Origin: the human T2T-CHM13v2.0 reference genome, Homo sapiens
Length of the DNA: 64,000 bases
Strand: one strand, 5' to 3'
NCBI RefSeq assembly: GCF_009914755.1
Contig: NC_060928.1
Positions 25,510 to 38,523 of this stretch are shown one piece after another. Numbering within the stretch: position 1 is the first letter of the stretch; the number at the start of each line of letters is the position of its first letter. The notes under the pieces are model-generated. The model did not search any database, was not told where the DNA came from, and saw nothing but the letters and a program-made list of their open reading frames with translations. The position numbers and the translations under genes are program-made.

Positions 25510-27931
25510 CTAGAGTGCGGAAGAGAGAGGAGGCCCTGCTGGTCTCTTGGCCTTGGGGCCTGGGAGCCGAAGATAAGAGAACTTTCAGGCCCGAGTCCTG
25601 CCCCGGCCCCTGAGCCCCCTTGTTTCCTGTGTCCACTCGGTCACCTGAACCAGCTGTGGGACCTTAATGCCCACAAGGAGCCCCTGAGTGCCCAGCCCCT
25701 GAGGCTGAGTCCAGCTCCCCCGGCCCCATCCACAGTCCAGGATGCCTCTCGCAGGCCCCTTGGCCCTCGCTGCAGCCCCTCCTCCTGGCCTGGCCCACCA
25801 CACTGCACTGGCCCTCACCCCTACCCCTCCGGCTCAGCTCACCCCAGCTGGGGGCCATGGGGTGGGGCAGGCGTCATGCCAGCTCTGTTCCAGAGCCACT
25901 GGGGCTGGGAGGATGGGGGAGGCACAGGGAGCCCCCACCAGCCAGAGCCACCAGGCACACAAGAACCCCCCATCCCCACTACTGCCCGGTGAAGTTTGAG
26001 GCAACAGTGGCTTTGTGCCACAGGCAGGCTGACCCCGTTGTTGGGGCGTGGATCACCATGCAGCAGTGGGGCTCAGAGCCCTACGAAAGGGAAGGCCTGG
26101 GCAGGGGCCAGAGGTGGGACCCGCAAGCTCAGGCTTTCTCAGGGCTTGCTCTGAAACCTGGAGCCCCTGGATAAACATTCGTTCAGTCCTTTTGTGCTGT
26201 GTGACACTGCAATGCAAAGATGGCGGCAGGAGCCCCAAGCCGTGGTGGGCGCCACCTCACTTTCCAGCCCTGCTGGCCCCAGCAGAGCGAGGGTCTCCCT
26301 GGGGACCTGTCCCTGGTGTGTCCTGAGCAGGGCCAGCGGCCACCCAAGCTCTGTGGCCCTCAATGTCTTCTGTGCAGGAGCCGGTCACCGTCTGCAGGGA
26401 GCTGTCGGCCAGCAGGTGGGCACACGGCCCATGTGCATGGTGGGGAGCCCTGCAGAAGGACCTGGGCCCCCCTGGGGACCTTCTTATGGGGGCGAGGCTG
26501 GAGAGCCGGCCCAGGCCAAGCTGGACCATTGGCTCCTCATGCTGGCTGGGGCTACCCTGAGTATGCAGAGAACTGGTCCCTCTTCTGTGCCTGGTGGGGT
26601 GGTGCTGTTGACTGAGCGGGTGATCCCAAGCAACTGCTGCTCAGAGAGGGGCAGCAAGCGTGGGGCTGAGCTGGCACTCAGCTGGAGCGCTCCCTGTGGG
26701 GCCCTCGGGAGGGCAGGCAGGGCAGAGATGCTGGGCGCTACACACCGCCTGGGAGATATGACCTGACCCCCAGCCCTTCAGGGATGGTGCAGGCCCCGCC
26801 CGACCCCTGGTTCCCCAGGCCCTGCAGTCCCTGGCCCCGAGTGCTCCTGAGAGAGCAGAGCACAGGCTGCAGCCTGCCTCAGGAGCTGCCAGGCCAGCTG
26901 GAGGAAGCTGCTCCCGGGAACAAGGCCGTTTGGGAACGTTTTCTTTCCTTTTTTAACCTACAGCTGAGCACACGTTATACTTGTTAAATGGTCACGTAAG
27001 GTGGGTGTGTTTTCAAATGAGTGGCTGGACATACTTTTCAAGTGGCAGAGCCCTGCTTTAGGATGGAGTGGTCTGGGTGGGCCCCAGGGATGGGAGCCTC
27101 ACACCCCTAAGGGTAAGGCCTGGAGAGGGTGGGGCTAGGAGGGCATGGCGACCACCACTCGAGAGTTGGTGCCTGAAGCTTCCAGCCCTGACGCCCCCGT
27201 GCCTCTTCTCCCAACACGTGAAGCTGCCCCGGCTGTTTACAGACCTGGCCTGGAGAACTGGGGGCACAGGTCCACGTGGGCACCTGCTCTCGCCTCTCCC
27301 CTGTGAGGCCAGAATGGGACCAGTGGCTGGGTGCTGTGGGGAGGCCCCGGCCCTCCCAAGGGAGAGAGAAAGAACCCCTTGGGCTGACCGCTGGGGTGAT
27401 TCTGCCTGAGCTAACTCATCTATGGGCCGTGTAGCTCAGCAGAGAGGGGTGGCCTGTGGGACAGGAGGGCACCCAGGCCTGAAGTCTGTGCTGAGCCTAG
27501 GGGGCCTCAGTGACTCCAACACCCCCAACAAGAACACCTGCTGCCAGCTCCGCAGCCCCCAATCAGCCCAGGTGGCCCCAATGCCCACTCCCCATCTTTC
27601 TAGACCCCCAAGACATAGAGGCCTTGGGCCTCAGACAAAGCAGCCTTGGGTGTCTGCAGCTGCTGTCTGCAGTTCCAGTCAGCTAGAATACCTGGCGCTC
27701 TCTGAGGGGCTGGTGGCCCAGGGTGGAGCCCACTTGGGCCTTTCAAGGGTCCCCAAACCCAGGCTGGCCCCTCTGCCTGCCAGGACCCAGGTGACACAGC
27801 AGCAATGAGGTGGGGCAGGGGCCATAAAAGGGAAGACAGCTGAGGGGCTTTCCTGGGCTGTGCCCATGGGGCATGGAGCCTCCTCTTAGCTGTCTGTGAT
27901 GTCCAAGCAACCCTGTGTTGCCCCAGGCTAC

Positions 27932-27999
27932 CTGCACACTCCGGGATCTGCGGATCTTCCACTTCAAACAGCAGCTCATCATGGATCTGGGCCACCAGC
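27932..27999 (-). CDS. POLN: DNA polymerase nu exon with family-A motif C
   Basis: cag|...|gtagcc. (R)LVAQIHDELLFEVEDPQIPECA carries the catalytic HDE. 68 nt. Confidence 0.95.
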
Positions 28000-28107
28000 C
28001 TGGCAGGGAGGGAAGGAGTCACCCTGGGAGGCCAGGACTGTGGGGCGTGGGCCACCAGCCTGGCAGGGAGGGAGGGAGTCAACCTGGGAGGCCAGGACTG
28101 TGAGGCG
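27988..28107. repeat. 60-bp tandem duplication (2 copies, 57/60 identical) spanning a POLN splice acceptor
   Basis: 27988-28047 versus 28048-28107, read directly. Confidence 0.95.
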
Positions 28108-31100
28108 GGGGCTCAGGGGTGCATGCAGAGGTGGGGGCCCATCCCCAAGGTTTCTGAAAGGTGGTTCTGGCACTGAGGCCCAAGAGGATGTGGCTCCGTG
28201 AGGCATGGGCACCACTGCTTGAGGTCACCCACTGTCACCAGGACAGCTCTGGGGAGCTGGGAGAAGGGGCAATAGGGAGACAGGCTGGTTGGAAGTGACT
28301 GGTTAGCTGCGAGGAAGCAGGTGGCACAACCAGCAGGAGGGGCTGGGTGCCCCGTGTCCGCCCCACCCAGGTTGGTCCCGTCTGAAGTCTGGGCAGGGAT
28401 GGAAAAACAGCCCCTTGTGAACTGTTGTGGGGGCCCTGACATGGGCCGAGCCTCGAACAACATCATGGGTTCTTGTGCCCTCAGGGCTTCTCCGAGACCT
28501 CGCTCTGGTGAGCATCCAGCCAGCCCCAGCCAGGCCCCAGCCAAGCCCCACCCTTCCCCAGCCTCCTTCATGGAGCCCCTCAGGTGCCCCTCCCAGGGCG
28601 TCAGCAGGGAGAGCAAGTGGGACCCAAGTGGAGGAGATTCAGGGGAAATGCACTGCCAGGGGCAGGTCCCTGGGGTGGGGCTCACAGATTCAAGTGCAAG
28701 CACAAGGCGGACGGGTCATGGCTCCGGGCAATCAGCTCTTAAGGGCCGGCGCCACGCTGGCCACACAGACCGCACTGGGGCTGGATTCCGCCAGGGCGCT
28801 GCGGCTCCACATGCTCCTTGGAAACGGGTGACACACACCTTGGGCAGATGATGCCTCAAATCTTGGTGATGTGAGACCTCTGCTGAGGCCTGCTGCCCCC
28901 AGACCTACTGCCAGCCTCTCCTGTGAGGTGGACACAGGCAGCTCGCCTTGTGCCCCCGGGAGGGGACGTGCGGCGTGGGTAACTCACAGGATGAGCTGCT
29001 GGGAAGGATGGGGTGTCAGGGGGTCCCACGCACTCTGTCCTCTGTGTGACCTTGGCTCTGTCTCCTGGATCGAGTCTTCAGGGGCAGGGGTCACGTCCTA
29101 TCTTCGCCCCTGCTGCCCGTCCTTGGCTGGCACAGATGGGCACAGCGGGCCCAGGGCCCTAGGGAGCTGGTCTGCATGGGCGTCCTTGCCGGGCAGTAGT
29201 CACGGGCATGTGACGGAGAGCCCCAGCTGGGATAAGGGGCAGCCTTCAAGCCCCAGGGTACAGGTGGGCTGTGCTGGCACTTTCCACAGGGGATGTGGAC
29301 TTTGCAACAGAGATTTCCGGTGACCTGCCCCAATCCGCCCTTCCTCTCTTTCTTCATGTTGGCCCCTTTGTTGCTGGGTGGGGTGGAGGTGGGGCTGTGT
29401 CCTCAGCTACAAAGGACATTTCCCAGGCTCTCTCTCAGGCAGGGTGGCCCAGGACTGCATTCCCTTCAACTTCCAAGGAGGCTATTTTTTTTTTCCTTAG
29501 CAGGGAGGGAGGTAAGGAGTGGGAAGGAAAAGAGACTCCAGGAAAGTCCTAAAAGGGAAGGCTCTTTAAACGGCTGACTGTAAAGGGCTGCCAGGGGCAG
29601 ATGCTTTTCTGACCACTATGACTTTCTCCTTTGCCTGCAAGGTGTGAGGGCTGGAGCAGCCACCTCCATCACAGCACCAGGAGGGAATGGCCAGGGAGCC
29701 AGAGGGACTTCGGTCCTGCTGCTCTGAGCCTCTGAAACAAAGCAACCACTGTTCTCTGGACTTCTCGTGATGGGAGAAAAGTCTGCCTTCTGGAGTCTGA
29801 GCTGCTGTAGCTTGGGCCTGTGTTCCTGACGGCCAAGTGCACACCCTCCTGGGTGTACATCCACAGGACACTACGTGGGCCCAGACAGCGGTACACTGGT
29901 GCTCACACCCTCGAGCAGGCTGCCCCCAGGGAGGGGGAGGTGGGCCTGTGCTTCATGTGCAGCCTCTGGCCAGGGGCCGTGGGCACTGCCCTTCCAGAAG
30001 TCAGAGGGGCGACAGAGCCCCAGGCTGTCAGCACCAGCAAGCTTGTCTTCAACTAACTTCAAGGCCTCAGGCAGAAGTCTTTGTCTCCCAAGAGGACTTA
30101 CTTTTCAAATGGGCAGAAACCTCAGAAAAGGCACTTGTAACTTTTTCCAGATTTAGCAGAAGCAGTTTTCACACTTCTTGAAATTACATTGTGAAATTCT
30201 GAGCTGCTGGTGTGGCAGGAACCTAAGAATAGGTGCAGTTGTCAGTCACTCACACATCATTCTCGCAGCCACTGAGACATGACCGCGCTTCTAACTGGGA
30301 AATGGGGCACAGGTGAAAGAAGAAGGACGTCTGTCGTCTCCGTGTGGGGTGGATGAATGCAGGGCCTTGGATCCTGTTGTGTTCCGGAAGGGAGTGGACC
30401 TCTGGTGCAACTTCTCATCCCTGTTCCTGAGAGGGGTCGGCCACAGAGCTGCTGTGTTCTGCATCTGGATGGCCTGACTGAGATCACTGCACCAGTAGGA
30501 GAATGTTCCAGAAGAGCCTCACCGTGTTGCCTGTCTGGGGCCTGCAGGGGCAGCTCCCTTGCAAGGGATGCCCCCAGCCCTGCTGAACTGCTCTGTGGAC
30601 TCATCCTGAGTGTGGGCGCATGGTGGCCTCATGCAGACCCGCCTTGAGAAGGCCCAGGGGAGGGACCGTCACAGCACTGACACGTTCTGAAACCCAGGAA
30701 GGCCTTTTCATAAAGGGCCTGCACCAGAAGAGACAGACAGGACAGCCGAGCCATGGCACAGAGGCCTGTGAACGCTGGCCACCGGCCTCCTGCTCTGAGC
30801 CCAACCTCTCTGGTCTTTTTAGGATCTGGACCAAGAGGCACAAACGAATGCCATTTCCCTGTCACAGGGACTGTGGGTGGTGAATGCAGACTGTCCTGTG
30901 GCCCCAGCCCACCTGGGCAGACCCTTGGGGTGGCCAGATGAATCTTCTTCTTCTTTTTTTTTTTTTTTGTTAGACAGACTCTCGCTCTCGCCCAGGCTGG
31001 AGTGAAGTGGTGCGATCTCAGCTCACTCTAGGGGCACCGTGTGCCTCCCAGTGATCGAGTTTCATGCCTGCTGCTTCAGCGAGAGATGCCTGGCCACACT

Positions 31101-31414
31101 GAGCCTGCACCCGTCCCTTCCAGACGCCATCCACAGCCTTTCACATTACTCCTGGAAGAACAAATCACGTTCACAAAACACAGACCATGTGCCCAATATT
31201 CCACACGAGTCTGCTTTGCATTTTGCTATGAGAAGCATTTCCTCGTGACAGCCAATGGCTGATGACAGAAGGATGACCAGCGAGTAACTGCGTTCCTGAG
31301 TAAAAGTGTCTGTGTCCAGCTTTCAGAAGGACTCAGTCAGCAACAGAGAGAGACCTCAGCTCCTCACATGCCAACTTCCTTTATCAATTCCACAAGGGCT
31401 GAAAGTGAACCGAT

Positions 31415-31710
31415 TTTTTCTTTTTTTGAGGCAGGTTCTTGCCCTGTTGCCCAGGCTGGAGTGCAGTGGTATGATCATGGCTCACTGCAGCCTTGAACTC
31501 CCAGGCTCAGGTGATCCTCCCACTTCAGCCTCCTGAGTAGCTGGGACTACAGGTGTGCACCACCATGGCCAGCTTTTATTTTGTAGAGACAGGTTTCATT
31601 ATGTTGCCCAGGCAACACATATGTTGTTCACAAACTTCTGAGCTCAAGTGATCCACCCGACTCGGCCTCCCAAATGCTGGGATTACAGGTGTGAGCCACT
31701 GCGCCCAGCC
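31415..31710 (-). mobile_element. Alu (AluJ-like)
   Basis: Reverse Alu consensus. Confidence 0.85.
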
Positions 31711-32065
31711 TTGAATCAACTTTTCTAGACTTGCAGTATCTTAGAGGCAGGACCACCATTTGGCTTTCAGTTCCTGCCAAGACGGAAACTAGCACAAGCT
31801 GCTCATATCCTGGGAGAAGCTATAATTTACCTGCAGAAACTGTGGAAGTGAGCGGGATGCATGGATTTCAGGACACCATGAGAACACTGTGGGGCACTAG
31901 AGGCTGCCTGGCATCAGTGTATATGCGTATATGTGTGTGCATGGGTTGTATGCATGGGTGAACACGTGTATGGGTGCATGTGCTTGTGTGTGCGTGTGTG
32001 TGCACGTGTGTGTTGGGAATGAATGCAGATGGCAGTGAGATGGGGCAGGAGAGGACTGAGAGTGA

Positions 32066-32365
<300 letters not shown>

Positions 32366-32889
32366 AGAGTGAATCTTCTAATGCCCCACTCCTGCCTTCT
32401 GACCACTTCAGTTACTGCAGAAAGCAGCACTGAGAGCCCACAGCCCAGTGAAGCTGCAAGCAGAGTCCCTGGGGCAGTGCTTAGACCCCCACGGGACTGT
32501 CGCCAAGAGCTTGAGGGCTCTTAGGGTGGGGGTGGGAAAACGTCCATGGTGTGTCAGAGGGCGAGGGGCCCTTCGGGGACTGACACTGTGGGGGGCTGGG
32601 GCAGGTTAGCTCCCAGAAGGGGCTCCGGGACTCCTGAGGGGATCCCGCACAAGGAGAACGAGGAGAGGAGGTGTCTGGGTCACCACTTGCAGCACCCCCA
32701 GGCCTTGGCTGGCAAGGAGGAGGTGGCTGGGCGAGGGCTGCTTGTCCCCTGGCCACCCACACTCTTGAGGAATGTGCCCTGGGGGAATAACTGAGGCAGG
32801 GACAGAGGCCTGAGAGAGCTGTGGCCTGGGGGGCAGCCAGGGCGGAGCCCCCCCCACCAAGGCACATCTGCATGTTGGCTCTGGGCTCG

Positions 32890-33382
32890 GGGGTGGGGGC
32901 AGAGCTGGGCGTGGGGCACACTGCCTGGCACTGGTGGCAGCAACAGGTAGGGGTGGGGGCAGAGCTGGGCGTGGGGCACACTGCCTGGCACTGGTGGCAG
33001 CAACAGGTAGGGGTGGGGGCAGAGCTGGGCGTGGGGCACACTGCCTGGCACTGGTGGCAGCAACAGGTAGGGGTGGGGGCAGAGCTGGGCGTGGGGCACA
33101 CTGCCTGGCACTGGTGGCAGCAACAGGTAGGGGTGGGGGCAGAGCTGGGCGTGGGGCACACTGCCTGGCACTGGTGGCAGCAACAGGTAGGGGTGGGGGC
33201 AGAGCTGGGCGTGGGGCACACTGCCTGGCACTGGTGGCAGCAACAGGTAGGGGTGGGGGCAGAGCTGGGCGTGGGGCACACTGCCTGGCACTGGTGGCAG
33301 CAACAGGTAGGGGTGGGGGCAGAGCTGGGCGTGGGGCACACTGCCTGGCATTGGTGGCAGCAACAGGCAGGGGTGGGGGCAG
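32890..33382. repeat. 60-bp G-rich minisatellite (VNTR), ~8.2 copies
   Basis: Unit gggtgggggcagagctgggcgtggggcacactgcctggcactggtggcagcaacaggtag. Copies are near-identical, with two changes in the last unit. Confidence 0.97.
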
Positions 33383-33736
33383 TTTGGAGTCCCCAGGGTC
33401 CTGCTCAAGGGGCTGAGGGGTTCGCCTGCCTCTGGGGTGGGCAGCCTCAAGGGGTGCCCCTGTGCTGTGCAGACACCCCGAGGAGGAGGGGTCTGGGGGA
33501 GACAGCATTTCTGTCTGGAGAGGCCTCATCTGCACCCCACGCTGGTGGATGGCTGGTTGTTGTCTGCATGCCTGCTGTGAGTAGCCCCCAGGGCCTTCCA
33601 TGGGCTGAGAGCCTCAGGAGGGGACGGGGGCCCGATAAGCAGAGATGGTGATCATCAGAATCACGAGCCCCGAGGGGGTCTTCCCACAGAATACTAACCC
33701 TCCCATCCAAGCCCTGGGAGACCACCACCCACTGAC

Positions 33737-33815
33737 CTGGCCGTCAAGGTGTGGGAAGCAGCCACTGCAGTGAAGACATGGATCATGGCCAGCTTGCAGA
33801 GGTCAGCAGCGGAGC
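33737..33815 (-). CDS. POLN: DNA polymerase nu exon
   Basis: catag|...|gtcagt. (G)SAADLCKLAMIHVFTAVAASHTLTA (PolA QGSAAD motif). 79 nt. Confidence 0.95.
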
Positions 33816-34411
33816 CTATGGGGCGCGTGGTACTGTCTTGAGGTCCCATGGCACACGGTTCATGGTGCACTCAGCATTCTGCACCATCGCCACAGCTCTC
33901 ACGGTACCTCCACACAGAGGTGCTGGCTCTGAGCTGTCTGAGTGCCAGGGCCACAGATGACTGCAGGCAGACACTTCGTCCTTGCTCCTCCCGCCCTCTT
34001 GCTCCTGCAGGGCACCTGGGTTTTGGGTGCCTTACTCCTGGAGGCCTCACCCCTGCCAGGCATGCATGGGGAGGATGGAAGGGCCTAGGCCAAGTGCCAA
34101 GGAACTGAGCTCCAGGTCTCCTAAACCATAGAAGCCTCAGTTTCCCACCACAGAGATATGGGGAACAGTACTGCCTGGGCCCAGTTCTTGCGGGAATCAT
34201 CCAATCATCCTAGCTACAAAGATGACCGTGTCCCCTCATGCCTCCTGACAGTAACTGCCAGGCAGGACATGGGTAGTGTAAGCTCCTGCAAGGAGGTTTG
34301 TGATGAGCAGGAAATACCGCAACAGTGATCGGTGGGTGCCACCCAGCCCTGCGGCTGCTAAAACCCAAGAAGCAAATGGACACAGAACTACAGGTAAGAG
34401 GCTTCTGGTAC

Positions 34412-34522
34412 CTTGCACCACGAAGTTCACTGCCTGTCGCTCTGCTTGTGCCCGGAGTTGCTGGTCATGAGCGTGAATCCTTGGCAGGGGTCTCCTTCTG
34501 CCCATGATGGACACCACACAGC
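34412..34522 (-). CDS. POLN: DNA polymerase nu exon
   Basis: tcag|...|gtacca. [16 protein letters not shown]...[11 protein letters not shown]. 111 nt. Confidence 0.95.
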
Positions 34523-34726
34523 CTGAGTCACACAGAGCAAAAGTAGATGAGGGACAGAAACAGGCACCACAGCAGGTGCAGCTCCCTCGGGCCAGGTCCA
34601 GAGGCCACAGAGGGACAGCCGCACTGCAGTGCAGACTCCAAGCCTCCCCTGGGCCCTTCGGGTCTATCATGGGGGCAAGTGGGCCCTGCAGTGGGAAAGC
34701 GAGGGTCTGAGCTGGGCACTCTGCAC

Positions 34727-35032
<306 letters not shown>

Positions 35033-38000
35033 CACACTCTGCACTCTCAGCTCTGTACTCTCCTGACTTCCAGCTGCACCTGGATCTCACACAGGACGAG
35101 GGAGGGCAGCTTTTGCAAAGCCATGTGGAGGCCTTGGGCCCAGGAGTAACTCTGGACTGTGTGGGATGGAGGAGAAAGTGGTCAGCCCACATCCTCAAGG
35201 AGGGGGATGTCTCAGTCAGGTCCAGACCCTGGACTGGGCAGATCCAATCTTGAGTGGCCTGAAGTGTATGCAATTTGGGGGCTCTTTTAAAGAAAATGAA
35301 CACAAACACACTGTGTTAGCTGACTATATTCCTGACCAGTGAGGACTTCTGCTTTAACTAGGTGTGGGTGGGAAATAAATCCTCCACTTGTGACTGAGGA
35401 TGAGAAGAATTTCCCACATCTATAATAATCATGAAAGTGACAAGGGATCGAGTACCTACTACATGCCAGGCAATATACAAGATTCTTAAGAAGGACTGGC
35501 AGTGAGGACACGAGAGATCTTCTGCTCTGACTTGGTCCCTTTCAGCTTCTGCTGCTTTGTCGGTCTAGTGACTTTTGGCCGGATGCTGGGCACTGTGAAT
35601 TTTATGTTGTTGAATGCTGGGGTGTGCTGTCTTCCTTCTGAGGGTGTTTTGGCAGGCTTAAGTTACTTGCCAATCATCTTGACCCTTTTGAGGTTTGCTT
35701 CTAAGCTTTGTTAGAGTGGATTTGGAATAGCTGTAATCTAGGGCTAGTCTAGACCTGCCTCTAAAGTGTGACCCTTCTGAATGTCCCAGGTGTCTAACAA
35801 GGACTCTCCGCTCTGGATGGTCAGAACTCAAACATCTCCTAGTTCCATGGTAACTCTGGAATCATCCGGATTACTGCTCCCAGCAATTTTTGTGCCTAGT
35901 CCCGTAGCGTTTCACTCAATGTATGCGTATCTTAGTGTTCAAAAACAGACACAAGGGGGAACTCCTTGAAGATTTACAAGGCTCTCTCTCTCTAGCTCCC
36001 TCCTCTCTGACACTCTGGCTTACAAAATCCAGCTGCATCTGCCTCCCAAGTCTGGATCCACGTCTCCTCCACTCATCCAGACCACTCTGCAGTCTGCGTG
36101 GCTCCCCCTCCACACGTGGGCTGTGCCTCCAGACACAGGGCGTTCTTAGGACTCAACTCATTTGCCTCTTTTCTCTCAGAAACGAGCAATACGCTACCCA
36201 CTGTCTAGTGTTGGAAACGGCTGCTCCAGATATTTTGCCCAGTTTTCTGGTTCTTCATGGTGGGTGCAAACTCTGAAGCCAGTGACTCCCTTGTGGCCTA
36301 AGGCAGAAGTCTCCTGACTCCATACATTTCAAACCTCATTTCTCCTCCACCCAGTGCTTCCAGTGCCAGTGCCTGCAGCTCCTGTTCATACTCGAGGTGC
36401 CTTCCGGCCCTGGCCCTTTGTGGTGATGCTCGCATGGCACCAATGCTCCTGGAAGCCACTCCTGTGCCAGGATGGCTAGCAGCACACCACACACAGAGAA
36501 AGCAGGGGACCACAGGAACACCAGCAGGAAAATCCGCATTAAATGAGTTGCCAGCTCAACCGGCTGTGGCCCCACTGATGCCACCTGGCATAGAAAGGTG
36601 TGTGATGGAGGAAGAGCGGTGGAGGCAGCAGTCCTAGCCGAATTAAGCTGAAACACTTTGTTTTTGACATGTTTACAAAATGTAGAAGGACGTGAGCACA
36701 TTGCAGGGCCTCTCCCAGGACCTTGGGACGGCCAGCGTCAGAGTGAGTCTGCTCCAGCTGGGGCAGCCAAGTGCCCCGTGGAGAGCACTGACCCCTGAGG
36801 GCTGGTGGCCAGAGAGGCATCTGAGATCCCAGCTGGCTCCTGAGCTTTTGATGCTTCCTTGACATCTCTTACCTGCCATTCTCTCTCCACCCCTCCTCAG
36901 TTACTGTGTTAATGCCTGCATGCTTCTAGACTATTCTCAGGGGTGGCTTTGACTGCATCTCAAATCTCTTTCCCACATCTTGACTGGAATCATTTTGAAG
37001 GACAAAGCTCAGATTCTTTCTCCATGGAGTGTCACGTATGGTCTGGGTTTACCCAGCCCTACCTGTTCTCTGGCCCACCTGCCCATGCTGGCACTCCTCC
37101 TGGCCCTGTCTCTGCGCAGGTCGCCAGCTCCATGAGATGGAGGCTGGCACAGCTCCCTTGGGGCCTCTGCTGCGGCTCTGTTCTTCTCAGACCTGGACGC
37201 CACCTTCCTGTCCTTGTCTGGATGCTTGTGGGTTTACCATGTCCCCCAAGGACTGTAAGCTCCACGGGAGCAAGCGGCTTGTGTCTCAGGCGCTGTGGAG
37301 GCTCCCCTTCCGGGCTAGTGTGGGCTGTGGCACAGATGCTGCCCACCTGCCCGTCTGCTGTGAGACCAACAAGGAGCCTGTAGCAGGGCTGCCTGGAGCT
37401 CTCGGGGCTTGGGCATGGGCCCCAGAGTGAAAAGTCATCAACGAGTCACTGGGAGAGGCTCACGGAGAGGGTCCACGAGGCTGCCACACAGACACTGCCG
37501 GCACCCAGAGGAAACAGGCCGCAGCATCTAAGATGCTGGTCCTGCTGAGGCCAACTCTCCAGCTGATTTCCTCACTCCCAGTGAGTGCTGAGTGCTGTGA
37601 GTGCAATTCCTGTGCCTGTCATTCATCCTCCTCTTTGTTGTTGATTTCATTAATTGCTGCTCTCCCACTGATTTCTTCCTTTTTTCCCTGCTGCTCTTTT
37701 CCAGATTTCTTGTGTAGAACACAACTCATTTATGCCCACAACTTTCTCTTTCTTTAAAAAATACTCCTTTAAAATATTCCTTTACTTCTAAGTGAGGCGT
37801 CAGCTTAGCCACATCCCAGTTTCTGATGAGATACTTTTACTGTAATTTATTTCTAACATTTTTTGTCATTTTCTTAGGATTTCTTTTTTTAATCCTAAAT
37901 TATTAGGAGTATCATCAACTTCCAAATAGGTAGGTGGAAGGATGGCTACACATACTCAGACATACATGTATGAAACCACCTTTTCATTGCACTGTGGTCA

Positions 38001-38391
38001 CAGACTATGTCCTATTGGATATTCTTTGAAATTTGTTTGGGTTTCCTTCATGACCTGATTGTGGTGATATTTGTAAATATTCCAGTGCTTTTCATAAGAA
38101 GCCATGTTTTCCCTTTCCAGGTGCAGGCTTGTATCTGTTTTTACCTATCTGCCCATCCACCATCTAGTCACTCAAGTTTGTTCACTGTGTTGCTTCAAGC
38201 CGCCCAGACTCTTGTCCCTTCTCGTGTGGAACCTTCAGCCTTATTTGTCCAATGAGAGCTGAGGATTCACCCAGGCCCCCAAACCAACCTCAGGACCCAG
38301 GGCCCGCCTGCACACCAACCACGCAGCTGTCCCCCCATCCTCCCACAGAGGGTTGGCAGGGAGCAGGGAGCTCTGGTTGTGGCCAACTCAC

Positions 38392-38523
38392 CTGTCTGGT
38401 GACACTGGGCAATAGCTGCTCGGGCGAAGTCCTTGATTTTCTTGTACTTCTGCAAAAAACTCTCCAAAAACTGGGCAGCTTCCTGAATAGGAACTCCAAG
38501 GCAAGCAGCCAGCCGCTCCTTCC
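38392..38523 (-). CDS. POLN: DNA polymerase nu exon
   Basis: gacag|...|gtgagt. [44 protein letters not shown]. 132 nt. Confidence 0.95.

Noticed and set aside
32481-33651. Repetitive ORFs (CCCHQCQAVCPTPSSAPTPT; AWHWWQQQ), and a possible CRISPR-like array
   Set aside because: These are readings of a 60-bp VNTR in several frames. Units are head-to-tail with no unique spacers, there are no cas genes, and the context is eukaryotic intron.
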